From Trichoplax adhaerens (lineage: Eukaryota > Animalia > Placozoa), in NCBI RefSeq assembly GCF_000150275.1, contig NW_002060948.1:1449983-1513982 (forward strand): 64,000 bases of DNA. The letters are read 5' to 3'. This document shows, one piece after another, positions 13,501-25,488 of the stretch. A model generated the notes under the pieces. It saw only the letters and a program-made list of their open reading frames with translations. It was not told where the DNA came from and did not search any database. The translations under genes were made by a program, and so were the position numbers. The stretch's first letter is position 1. Each line of letters starts with the position of its first letter.

Positions 13501-16500
13501 TTGTCACAGTAAGGCGTTGGTTGACTATTATCATTAATAAAACTATCGTTTATAGCGCCTGAAAATTCATATTCATATTCATCTGAATCAAATTGACTAA
13601 TATGTTGAGATGAAACTTCAGCTTCATCGTCAATAAAATTCTTTGCCATATCTTTCTTTTGATTTCGATTTGCCTATATTTATCGAAGCATAATAAGAAT
13701 TTTAATTTTATGGGTAAGTATGTAGATAGCTGAAGATTCAGAGGAGACAACTTATTGTTCCATTTCAACTTTCTAACTTACAGAGCTTGTCGTCTGAGTT
13801 TTTGATTGGTTGCGATCTAAGACACCATTTGAGGATCCATCCTTAAATAGCGTTCTTTTTCTTTGATTACGAGTTACGAATGTTGCCTTATTATCTGCCG
13901 CACAGCGATTATTATTGCTAACTTTTACGTTAAATGGAGTTGAATTTAATTTCTGTGACCCTTTAATTGTATTAGAATCAGGATGATCGTGCATTGTACC
14001 CTTGCCTTCATTAATCTGTAAAATCAAGTAAAAAAAAACAGTGATTTAGTAATCTAAAAGCATTTCAATATGAATAATATATTAAAGAAATAATATTACC
14101 GGAGTTCGATCAGGTTTGCATAATTGAGGTGTGACAGCGCTCAGAATTTCTATATCATCATCCTGAAAACTACCTAATATCGACTCGTATGGTGTTTTAC
14201 TATTATCCATATGACCACTATTGCGAGCATGTGTAGAATTTAACTTCATTCTTGATTTAGTCATTTCATCACTTTTGGAAGGACTCTGTTGGCGTTGTAC
14301 TATACTTGAAATAGATTCGACAATAGGACTAACTTGTCCCTTCTTACTTCCCTTCGTTATTGGTTGGTATGAGTGATTAGATTGGACATTACGATCTTTA
14401 GCATTAATATCACTTTCAGTAGCACACAATAATAGGCTATCGTCGATATCATCATCGAATAGATTGATACTAGATTCGTTATCACTCTTACTTGCGCCAA
14501 CTTGCTTAATTTTCTGATGCAACGATGTTGTATCGCCTTGATTCCCTGATTCATGTAAAGCTGTTAACTTATCTTCAACTTCTTTTGTCCTAATGCTGTT
14601 AAAACAATCTATTTGGTCATCGCCAATTTTATTTAGCAGTTCGTAATTTACTGGAGGTGGTGGACAAATAACGACATTATCGTCACTTATGCGTTCCTTG
14701 ACATCAGGCCATTCTTGTTTTTTGGATATAAATTCAACTTCTGGCAATGATGACATCAATTCATCACTGACATCGTCATCAAAACCTGGTGGATTATTTT
14801 TGGTTTGCAGTTCCTTGAATGGATTGTCATCAATATTCATATAATTATTACCACCGTTTACTGGGATCTTATTACAATCAGTTACAGCTGCCGATAAATT
14901 GTTATACCACTGACTTAAAATCTTCGAAGTATTTCTCATATCTTTAAAATTTCTTACTTCATCAGGAAGATCATTACTAGCCAAATCTGATAAAATCTCA
15001 TTCTGTTCAACATTTCTTTCATGAGTATCGTTATTTACGTTATCATCTGAATCACTATGTAAGACAGGTATTTGTGACTTCGACATTTCCATTGATCTCA
15101 AATGCGTTCCAGTACACGTTACTTCATTATCGTTATCACTATCATCATCATCATCCAGAAAACGAGAATACTTATTTCTTCTCGTTCTTTTATTTCGTGA
15201 TTGGTAATCTTTGCTATCGAGTGACGTTGTAGCAACAAATTCTTGAATGATGTGCTGTTTTCGTAGTTGCTCGTTACCACTATTTGCATTTAAAGCAATA
15301 TCAGTTTTAATATCTGATTTATCTAGGAAAGCCGTCATCTCCATATCGTAATTTTCAAGCATAGAATTATTATGGCCTAGTGCTTCACAAAAACTAGAAA
15401 TTTCGATCAAATCTTTAGTTCTCTGTGTGTGCTCTATTTTATGATGCGGTAATAACACTTTCTCATAAGATGAATAATGTGGTAGATCATCAAAGGCAAT
15501 GGTATAAGCTTGTGAATTACTGCTCGTTAGTACTTTAAAATTATCGTTCCAATATGAAAATTCTTCATCATTAAGATACCAAGCATCTTTTTTATTCGTT
15601 CCTTTGCCAGTCGAACCTTGTGTCAAAGTACAAATGACAACGTAAAACAACTGCAAATCTATACTATGCGAAAGCTTATAAAAAAATATGAATTTATATT
15701 AATAAAAATAATTAACTGTTGCAAGTTATGTAGAACGTTATAAAATTATAAAGTAAACAGAATATTAACTATGAAGCGTTCATGAAATTTTAACAAATAC
15801 CGATAAAGGCATACGATCAATTGATAGGTAGTAAAAATCGTACCCTTCTTCAAATAGGCCAGTATATTGTCATTGCTATGGGTACTCTTTGTTATATCTT
15901 GTTCATCATCATCTAACTTTTTAACAGTTAATTCAGTCTTATAGGGTTGGGGTTTTAGATGAGCTGGAACCATTCTTGGATTATGTTGGTATAATTGAAA
16001 TGAATTGACGCTGTCACGAATGGCTCGGTGAATACTTTTCTTTTTATTTTCTGTTTTACTTTGAAGCTGCAATTGGAAAGAATAAGGGTTTAAGAATTTA
16101 ATTAGAAGTGCAATTTACGGTTTCAGTAAAACCAATTTAAGTTATCTAATAGATAGCTAGTTTGTCAATACTCCATTTTACTGAACTTGCCTGCTCCTCT
16201 TTACCTTCCGTTACTAGTAGGACGACTCTTCCTCGTCTCTTACGGCCAGTGCGACCCATTCGTTGCACTAATCGTATAGGTGATGTGTTGGAATCATAGC
16301 ATATAATTAAATCAACATCACCTATATCTAATCCTTCTTCTCCTACGCATGTTGAAACTAGAGTATTATAACCGCCACGACGAAAGTCTTGAATGACCTA
16401 GAACATGAATAGAAAGGACATTCTTCTTATCATTTTGGTTAGCTTAATAGCTAACTATATCCAGAATTGGCAGCTTTTTAAAGATCACCTTTAATTGTTC

Positions 16501-19500
16501 CTTTTGAGATAAGCCGCGTGAACTTTTACCTCCTGAAGTTGCTTGACCCGTAAAGCTCATAACTTTCACGGTCGGTGAATAATGTTTGAGAAGATCAGTT
16601 ATTTCTACTACAGAATCTCGATATTGAGCAAATATCATTATCCGTGTTTTTAACGATGATTGTCCAGACTGTTCATATATATATAAGCATAAAAATTTGA
16701 TTAAAAGAGTTGATAGATATATAAGAAAATGGCAGTACAATATCACTGGTAAGATTACCAATGGCTTTTGTTATCGCATTAACTTTTGATACTTACGTTA
16801 CTGTCTGGAACTATAAAGTTTTCGAAGTGCCCAATGACAATGTCTCTTAATTTACTTAATTTTGGATGACTATTAAGCAAAAACTGGACGTTAGTAGTTT
16901 TTGATTTAGGAGTCAACTGACTATTGTAAGAGCGATTAAATTTAAAGTTTAGTTCGTCCATAATTTCGATAAATATGCGATTCTTAGCCAAGTTTCCTCT
17001 AACTTTAGATGTACTCTTGCTATTGTCAACAATGCCTTTAGCAAATTGATAGAAGGATTTCATTCCTTGCTGTATTAATAATTCATAAGCATGATATAAA
17101 CTGATGGCTAGAGCAAAATCTCCTTCAATGCTTCCACGTTGAGTTGAAAACTATAAGGCGATGGAAGAGTCCACGGAATATCCACGAAGAGAAGGAACAT
17201 AGTTCACGACAAACAAATCATGCACAATCAGCACAATCGATTAGAAGTTGATCAATTTTACAGCTCTTAATCAAGTTGAAAAATTAGTAAATTGAATTAG
17301 TAAACTACTTTATAAAAATCAACGTACTCCGGATGTCCCTTTCCGAAATTGCTCTCGCGCTTTGAGAATTTGATATTTAGATAATCTTTCAACTTGATTA
17401 CTGTATAGTACTTGCTGTCTATGCAAACGTTCAATTACATCACCAAGAATCTAAAAATAAACCAAATCCAATTTATCAAAAAAGCAGTTAGATATCACGA
17501 AGACCATTGTACCTTACTTTACAAGTCCAGTAACTTTGACCTGCTTTTACTCTTTATATAGCAAAATGTTCAAACACATTAGCTTCATAACACTGTACCG
17601 TAAGAAATTTGGCTTTAATCGCTTTTAATTCTTCACTTAATGGAACAACAATTTTCTGAATACTTCTTTTATGTGTGTAAGGTCGAATATCGATTGACTC
17701 TTCCGATCTTATTTCCACATCGGATATCAGCAAGTTTGCAATAACTTTTTGTACATTCTAAATTTCGTAAATAAAAATTAATGTTTTCTGCTAGCTTAGA
17801 CTACCCTTGCGTTGGTTAATACTATATAGTAAATAATGTACGGTTAATTATTTCTTTCTATTTTAGTGAACGAGTGAGTAATGTAGTATACTCATAAGAA
17901 ATGTCGTATCAGGACATATAATGATAAGGGTATATTTGGCTTATAGATGTTTACATCAGGCATTAATTGTTATTTATACAAAAATCTTTTCTCTTACATA
18001 CTTGAATATCATCACCCGGTGTTGCACTTAAGGCTAGAACTCGAAAGTTTCGCGTATAATTGCAAAGGCCTCTAATAACCTGTTATTGTATATTGATAAA
18101 TATATATTCATTCAATCTTTAGTAACATGATTTGTATTGACTGCTTTCCTTAACCAAATAATAATGAAAATATGCTAACAAAAATATATAAAATATGTTC
18201 GCATCTAGTACAAGAACGTTTAAGGTTATCCACTCAACATAATACATTAGTCATTGTCTTAATAACCTGACAATATGCATGATTTCCTAAAGCTCGATGG
18301 GCTTCGTCTACAACCAAGCAAACGATATCATTGGCACAACAGGTCTCTCGATTAAGATCATTTTGTAATACTTGAGGAGTTAGAAAAAACACACGCTTAG
18401 ACTGCCAGACTTGACGTCGTTTATCGGGATTCATAGTTCCTAGATTTATAAACCAAGTATTCTTTAATTAGAGTTAACGACAGTTGCAGCTACCTACAAT
18501 AGTCCGAAAGTTCGGTAGTCCAAATAACAATGGATACTGACGAATCATTTTTATAGAAATTTAAACTGGATTATATTTATAATAATAATCTATTTTCAAG
18601 GGTTTAGCTACTAACAATTCGTATCAACTGTAATTGTTTCTAAAATAGACTGAGCTTACGTTGTATAATAACCTATTTAAACAATAAGGTTTTATTTACT
18701 ATTAATATTAAAATACATACACTAAAAATAATAGAATTGTACGACGCATTTACTAATAGAATAAATTATACACCATTTTATGTTAATGTATGTACTCCAG
18801 TTTCCAAATAATGCAAGGCATGGATTTGTATTTTGAAGTGATTGGTGTTACTAGAAGGAATTGTTACATGAGAACAGAAAGTACTGAATCTATCCTTCGA
18901 TTTCGTTTTAATCTATATTTTTATTGGGAGCTTATAACCAGAAGGTTGTAATTGTTTAAGTAAATTACACCAGGGCTGGTGATGTTCTTGTAATAAGACA
19001 CAATGCTATCCACAATAGGTGTACAATATTGTATATCCAACTGGTGGTGGGTTATCCTTATTGTCGTAAACAAATGTGTAGTTTATAGGTGAAATCAATA
19101 CAGTATATAATATAAAGATGCATCAATGAAAGTGGTGTTAACACTAAATTGATGCTTATGAAGTATTCTACTATAATTTGATAAAATTATCGACACGTAT
19201 ACAGCATTGATCTAAAGTAATTTTTACTATCCTGTACACTGTATTTATACCGTAGCCATGTAATGGATAGAGGTTAGGATTGAGTTTGACGTGTTAAAAA
19301 TAACAGGCAACTATGTGCATATACATTATAGGTTTACGTTCTACTTCGGTAACCTGTCAGCCTAATGGTAGTATCTCGTGGAATTCCCGTCACATTATAG
19401 CATGCTTCTTCTTGTTGAGCAACTAATGGTTTAGTAGGTGCCATAAAAACAACCTTGCCATTGGGATACCAACGAAAAAAGTTGTACATAACAACAGCAG

Positions 19501-19852
19501 CGATAAATGTTTTACCCAGTCCAGTAGGTAATGTCACTAAAGTATTTTTAAATAGAGCTTTTTGTGTAATATTATACTGATAATCACGCAGAGGATAATT
19601 AGTAGGATAAATCCAGTTGTTCCCACTATCCACATCGAAACCAGGTAGGACTTCAATCTTTGGCTTGCTACTATGCATGATCGAATGCGATGAGCTCGTG
19701 GATGGAATATTATCTGGTTTATTTTGATCAACACCAACGGCAAGCAATAAGTCATCGTCATCATCTGGTATTTCTATTACATCTGTTACAGTAGAGTTAC
19801 TTGTGGTCTTGCTCTTACTGTTAGACCAAGAAGTTAGTTTGCTTTGCTTCAT
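10588..19852 (-). CDS. FANCM: Fanconi anemia group M DNA translocase (DEAH helicase + degenerate ERCC4 + HhH), multi-exon
   Basis: [13 protein letters not shown], motif [20 protein letters not shown], motif [51 protein letters not shown], acidic [11 protein letters not shown] motif, and a C-terminal ERCC4-like ILVDTRE...[12 protein letters not shown] segment. HhH end reads [16 protein letters not shown]...TTR* (TAA 10590-10588). Confidence 0.95.
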
Positions 19853-21756
19853 GATGTCTTTTAAATTTTGATATCGCTATGACTGGCGCAAACGGAGAGC
19901 TAACGGAATGGAGAGGCTATACAATAGGTGTAAAGCGTTGTGTCTTCTGCCATGTCACAAAAATCCTAACTTTATAAAATAAAGGAGAATTTAGTTATGC
20001 GTACACACGACGTAAGTTTAGTTATATTTAGTTATACGTAAACGCGACTACTCCGCATACTACTATTATAATAATTTATTATTTACTAACGTGTCGAATG
20101 TAATAAAGTTGGGGCTATTTATCAGTCATTGCCCTACAGAGGTAGGTACTCTTAGGTATGGGCAGTGTTACAGCTAGCCTAAAGTTGCATACTACTGCTA
20201 ATAATATGCTTGAGAAAAATATCGATGCAAAAAGTTGACACCGAACTAATCAAATGTAATTGCTAGTTTGAGGCTATATCCAATTTAATACAGCAAACAT
20301 TTTGAAATGCTACCAAGGTCTATTGACATTAGTTTGATTAAGAATAGGAGAGAGATCCAATGACCTTTCAAATTGTAAGCTCTAAGTACTGCACAATATA
20401 GAAAGCTAAATGCAAGGCAAGGATGATGATCGGTTTACAAATATCCAACTATTGCATTCGAAATTACTGCGTCGCTTAAATATGAGACCCTTTCTTGTTA
20501 TCAGACCATTGCGAGCTAGCAAGTGGTAAAAATTTCTACATCTATTAACCATGTGATTCTGTTTTTAAAACATTAGTTTAATTTTAACAGAGTACATGGT
20601 AGGCTGTTGGTTAATAATAATAATAATTATTATTACTTCCAGCTATTGTATTAGATACAGTACTACTAAGTGCCTTAAATAGGAAAGCCTGATCGCTATC
20701 TTACAAGCAAGCTACCAGCTGTTTTCGTATCTATCATCCATTGATATCAGATTATCTTTTATTAACTGATTCAAAGTTCTTTTCTTAATTCAGCAGGTCT
20801 TGATGAAGACAAACGATCAAAATCTGCCTCTGTCTTAATGGAGCTAAGGGATCCAAGTCGAATGTGGAGGCAATCCACATGCTTTACATGAGCATAAAAC
20901 CGATCATTTCACACACTATCTTGTCTACAGTATTTAATACGATGACATGATAGCTACTTTATCGTTGCTCACCTGTAGATTAGAATAGAAAATTGTATCC
21001 CGATCGGCAAATATCTTGAAGGTTCTTGATAAAGACTGGATATTTGCTAGGCTAGATCGTCAGCATAATCCTCGTACTGTACTGTACAGTAATAGTGTGA
21101 CGTCAGGTCTAGTGTGACATACTGTACGTCTGGTCACTGTAGACAGTATTGTGTCTATTTACAGTACAGTACAGTACATTCCCTTAGCGTCTAAGGTACA
21201 GTATACAGTAGGATTCGATTCAATGAACAGTTTTATGCTCGTCGAATATCAATACACAACATTAGAAATAGCGAGATGGTAATAGTAAGTCCTATATCAC
21301 TCAAGGCTATAACAGCACTAAATCGATGTTGTTGACATCGGCGGCAACACGATCAAACACGATTGTCATTCCTTTCTACAGTCTGCTGTACTGTACACAG
21401 TACAGCATACGGTAGGACTAGGACTAGACCGGACTGGAATGTGCCCAAGTCTAATACAGTGCAGCCAGGGAAACATCTCAACTTTTTTGTCCCTGGTACA
21501 GCAGTGTCCTTTTTTAAGGTCATAGAAGCAGTTTGATATCGAATTCATCGATTTTGAAAGATTTCCAAATGTTGAAGATTTATTCGCCGATAGTTCCATT
21601 CTCCATAGTAGAAGAAAGAAACCACCTTGATCAAATGACACCTTTGTAATAATGTACTTATTGTACTACACTATACCCTACAGTATAATGTCTCTATCAA
21701 TACCAAATTTAACTGCCGTACGCTAAGAGTTATGTTTATCAACCATAATCAATCAA

Positions 21757-22092
21757 GGATTCCATAACTACTACAAGCATGCGTAAACGAATCCTTATCA
21801 AAGCGCCAAGATCAGGATAGACCTCTATCACTACTACAAGCATGCGTAAACGAACCTAATCAAAGAGCCGAGATCAGAATAGATTTCTATAGCTACTATA
21901 AGCATGCGTAAACGAATCCTAATCGAAGCGCCAAGATTAGAAAGGATTTCTATAACTACTACAAGCATGCGTAAACGAATCAAATCTAAGCGCCGAGTTA
22001 ATTTAGAATAGATTTCTATAACTATAACAAGCATGCGTAAACGAACCCTAATCGAAGCAATGGAGCTACAATAGATTTCTATCACTACTACA
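21757..22092. repeat. Tandem array A, ~63-bp unit, ~5.3 copies
   Basis: Invariant AAGCATGCGTAAACGAA at 21775, 21838, 21900, 21963 and 22029 (periods 63/62/63/66). Consensus core is GATTTCTATAACTACTACAAGCATGCGTAAACGAA, followed by a more variable ~27-nt part. Confidence 0.95.
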
Positions 22093-22095
22093 CTG

Positions 22096-22380
22096 TCAAA
22101 CAAGCAAAGGAATACGCAAGATGTCATACGGAGCACAGTAAATGGATACGCATGCGTACAGTACTTTTACGCTTAGGTCCCTATCAAACAAGGAAGGAAA
22201 TACGCAAGATGTCATACGGAGCACAGCAACAAGCTACGCATGCGTATAGAACTTTTACGCTCAGGCCCTTGTCAAACAAGGAAGGGAATACGCAAGATGT
22301 CATACAGAGCACAGCAACAAGGTACGCATGCGTACAGTACTTTTACGCTCAGGTCCCTGGTCAATACTGGTCAAACAAGG
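22096..22380. repeat. Tandem array B, 88-bp unit, 3 copies plus a stub
   Basis: TCAAACAAG...AATACGCAAGATGTCATAC...TACGCATGCGTA...ACTTTTACGCT starts at 22096, 22184 and 22272, with a stub at 22371 abutting the inner inverted arm. Confidence 0.95.
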
Positions 22381-25300
22381 TAGTATATTATTACAAAGGT
22401 GTCATTTGATCAAGGTGATTTAAGAATAAATCCGCAGTATGCTAGTCTAAAGCACTCATCACCAACTATGATTCTGTATGGGAAACTTCAACTATGGAGA
22501 ATGGAACAATCGGCGAATAAATCTTCAACATTTGGAAATCTTTCAAGATCGATAAATTCGATATCAAACTGCTACTAGGACCTTAAACGGAAGCAAAATT
22601 CTCTACGATTGAGATCAACTCTATATATCAATCCAGTGACGACGGATGAGCTACAGACAGACCAGAACAAGCAAGGTAATACAGGACAAAGAATCCGAGG
22701 TGATCTCTTGCAGTATGCTAGTCCAAATCACTACTGCTGTACTATGGTTATGTATGGATTAGCTCACGGGGATTAAGTCACAGCTGGACAACTTCGAGCA
22801 TGTTAAGAATGCACCGCCCTAATTAGTCGAACTACGTCATCGGCAGAAAATTCTACAAGATTGAGCAGACTTTCAAATTGGAACATGGCGGTTTACTGAG
22901 TTTGGTATTGGCATAACGAAGTTATTGGTTCAGTAATAGTAGAGACTAATATTAGAAATTCAATATCGCTGAAGATTCGCTACTTGAAGAGCTCAACGAT
23001 GGCGATCAGCATGCTAGACGGTAAGACAAATCAGCCAAAAAATCAAATGCCAAATAGCAAATTGATTGCCGTATTGTAATATTATAATATATATTGGATC
23101 ATCAACCATCCATTGGGTATCCTTCGTAGCCAAATATCAGGATAATTAAACTATTCTGTACCTTGTAGAAAGATAATGTTGGTAGAAATTATTATTAGCT
23201 GTCAATCTTTTCAATAATCTCTTGATGATAAATCGTTTACGTACGCATATTAGTCGCACAATCTCAAATCCAAAAGATTCTCATCAACATCCCAACATTA
23301 AAATTGCTCATCATCGCATCCGTTGGATGATAAGCTTCTACATCGTTATAGGCTTAGGATAGGAAATACAAACATTCTTAGTAATGAATAAATCGATCGT
23401 AAAGGTACAGTACGAATACCATTTGCTCATCAAGTTCATGATATCGCATTTAGCAGTATATCAACATAATGATCTATGGTAGTAAGATCAAATGGCGTAA
23501 ATGAAGGACGGACACGAATGATAACGTTAACTGTCTTTAATTAAAGGCTACATCGATCAACAATTAACAATCGGACGTAAAAATGGACGAATATTATCTA
23601 CCCAGTTGATAACCTCAAATCCTATATTTCGCTAAACTCGTAAACCTATGCATCCAAGATATTAAAAATCACATCACGTAGATGGATAAAAGCGAGCTAC
23701 TCTACCGTCACTCTACGTATACTGATGTGAACATCCATCACAAGATGTGTGAATCCCATTTGCACTGTTGAGAATATCCCGTCTACTGTAATGATGACAG
23801 GGACTACTCGAAAGAAGATAAGTCTCTGTCAGTAATGAGTAAATGAGCGTGAAAGATCCATGACATGAAATTCATATCTCATATATGGATGATATTGCGG
23901 CTAGAAGTTTGGGATGATGATCGATTCAGGCCTTTTTTAGTAATGTATATCCACAATCAATTTTAAAATGGGCAAATACTACCTGCATACTGTAGTTCAT
24001 AATCTCAAATTTAGTGAATGCCAGTATAAAGATCCTAAGGTTAAAACCTAATCATGTAGATGAATGTAGTTGTTAATGAGTCATTACCCTACTTTTAAGC
24101 GTGATAGATACAAGCCCTTTTAAACATCTGCCAACATCAATCGTAAAATGTTTTACAGAAGATTAACGAATATTTTCTCTACATATATTGAGATTTAAAT
24201 TTTTACAATCAATTTGGTTACCGTCATACTGACTAGATCACGGGAACGGTGCAATCAAATTAGTTTCATCCGGTTCCATAACTTAAATTAAGACTTCCCA
24301 GTGTAGACCTTTAACATGGTGCAGGAGTGCAAACTATGTACTGTACCTTTTCGCATCCTTTTACCTTTTATAACATAGTGTGCATAATGATTTCATTATG
24401 GATCATCATCATGGGCTACTACTGTACAGTATAATTTACCTTAATTAAATATCTAATCCTGATTCTCGTACAATACGTTTATGCCAGGATGCTTGATTAG
24501 GGCCTAAATCGTAACATAATCAATTAATTGGAATTTTCAATTATCATTATATTCCATCGTTATCATTAGTAATCATTATAACTTATATCTTATTAGTGCA
24601 GTACAGACTACTGTACAGTACTGTAGCGTTGTGCATAGCACTTGTAATAAATAATACAATCTGTTAACATCTACTACTTATTACCACCAAGTTAACCACC
24701 ACAGAGTCCTGAATGAAAGAAGTTTAATTTCCTTCAAAAACTGGCTAATGATCTACAGTATTTGATGACGATGATCTCACTATAACTCTGCTGTGCGATC
24801 CCAATCTGTTTAGTATAATTAATCAATACGCCGATAAGCTCAAGAACAATTTTTCGCCATGATCTCCATAATATTAGGCTTAGGTATTTATAGTTAATTC
24901 GTTCTGTCATAATACGGACTAAGTAGAACATGACATTACTGCAATGAAATGGGCAACAGTAATTTTATGAAACTTGTAGTTTGTAATGTGCTTTCGATAT
25001 ATTTTTACAAATCGTTAAAATATCCCATCGCTCGATTATGATCACACTATTGCTTATTGCTCTTGCTTTGTATGATTTATCATTCTACTACTAGTTCATT
25101 TTCTACAAGAAGTGAACTTTGATGTAGTAGTAAACCGGATTAAGTTAGGACCGCAAACTTAGATCAACTCCAATTTACTATAGTTCGGATTAATGCAGCT
25201 TGAACAACTACAGTCACACCTCCAAATGAGATCGATTGTTTTCTAGTGAAATCGTATACTACATCTTTAGCAAATCTGTATGGTCTGTTAGAGCCTGTAA

Positions 25301-25488
25301 ATTACTGGTTAATAATAGATGGGCAGCATAGTGACAGTAAAAGGAACTATTTTTACTGCTGCTGAATGCTAATCAGAAACGAAACTGTTGACCATTATAC
25401 AATACAGCATGACATGGATGTGGAATATTTTTGTTGTATTAAGATTGATACCTCTTAATTAATCTATAAGATTGGTCAAGGTTTATAG

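Larger units (their letters stand above)
21513..22587. mobile_element. Foldback/MITE-like non-autonomous element, or local inverted duplication, with nested inverted arms and internal tandem arrays
   Basis: Outer arms 21513-21614 / 22486-22587 (102 bp, 6 mismatches). Inner arms 21623-21658 / 22382-22417 (36 bp, 1 mismatch). Ends read TTAA|GGTC...GACC|TTAA. No transposase ORF. The inverted repeats are directly observed; mobility is inferred. Confidence 0.5.

Noticed and set aside
12677-14554. Antisense or alternate-frame ORFs inside FANCM (also 19537-19764, 44011-44235, 54235-54441, 55957-56160)
   Set aside because: Shadow ORFs of real exons.
20777-20892. Possible plus-strand terminal exon (GLDEDKRSKSASVLMELRDPSRMWRQSTCFT*)
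   Set aside because: There is a good acceptor, but no partner exons or recognisable homology.
21757-22092. CRISPR-like appearance of array A (~36-nt conserved core alternating with ~27-nt variable segments)
   Set aside because: The variable segments are clearly homologous to each other (cctaatc.aagcgcc.agat.ag), there are no cas genes, and the context is eukaryotic. This is a diverged minisatellite.
21366-22409. ORFs 21366-21641, 21834-22136 and 22152-22409 as transposase or cargo proteins
   Set aside because: They are short translations of the inverted arm and tandem repeats, with no DDE or other recognisable motifs.
21623-22417. Inner CAC...GTG arms as an independent CACTA/Transib-like element
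   Set aside because: No matching target-site duplication on the flanks (gaaac vs attta).
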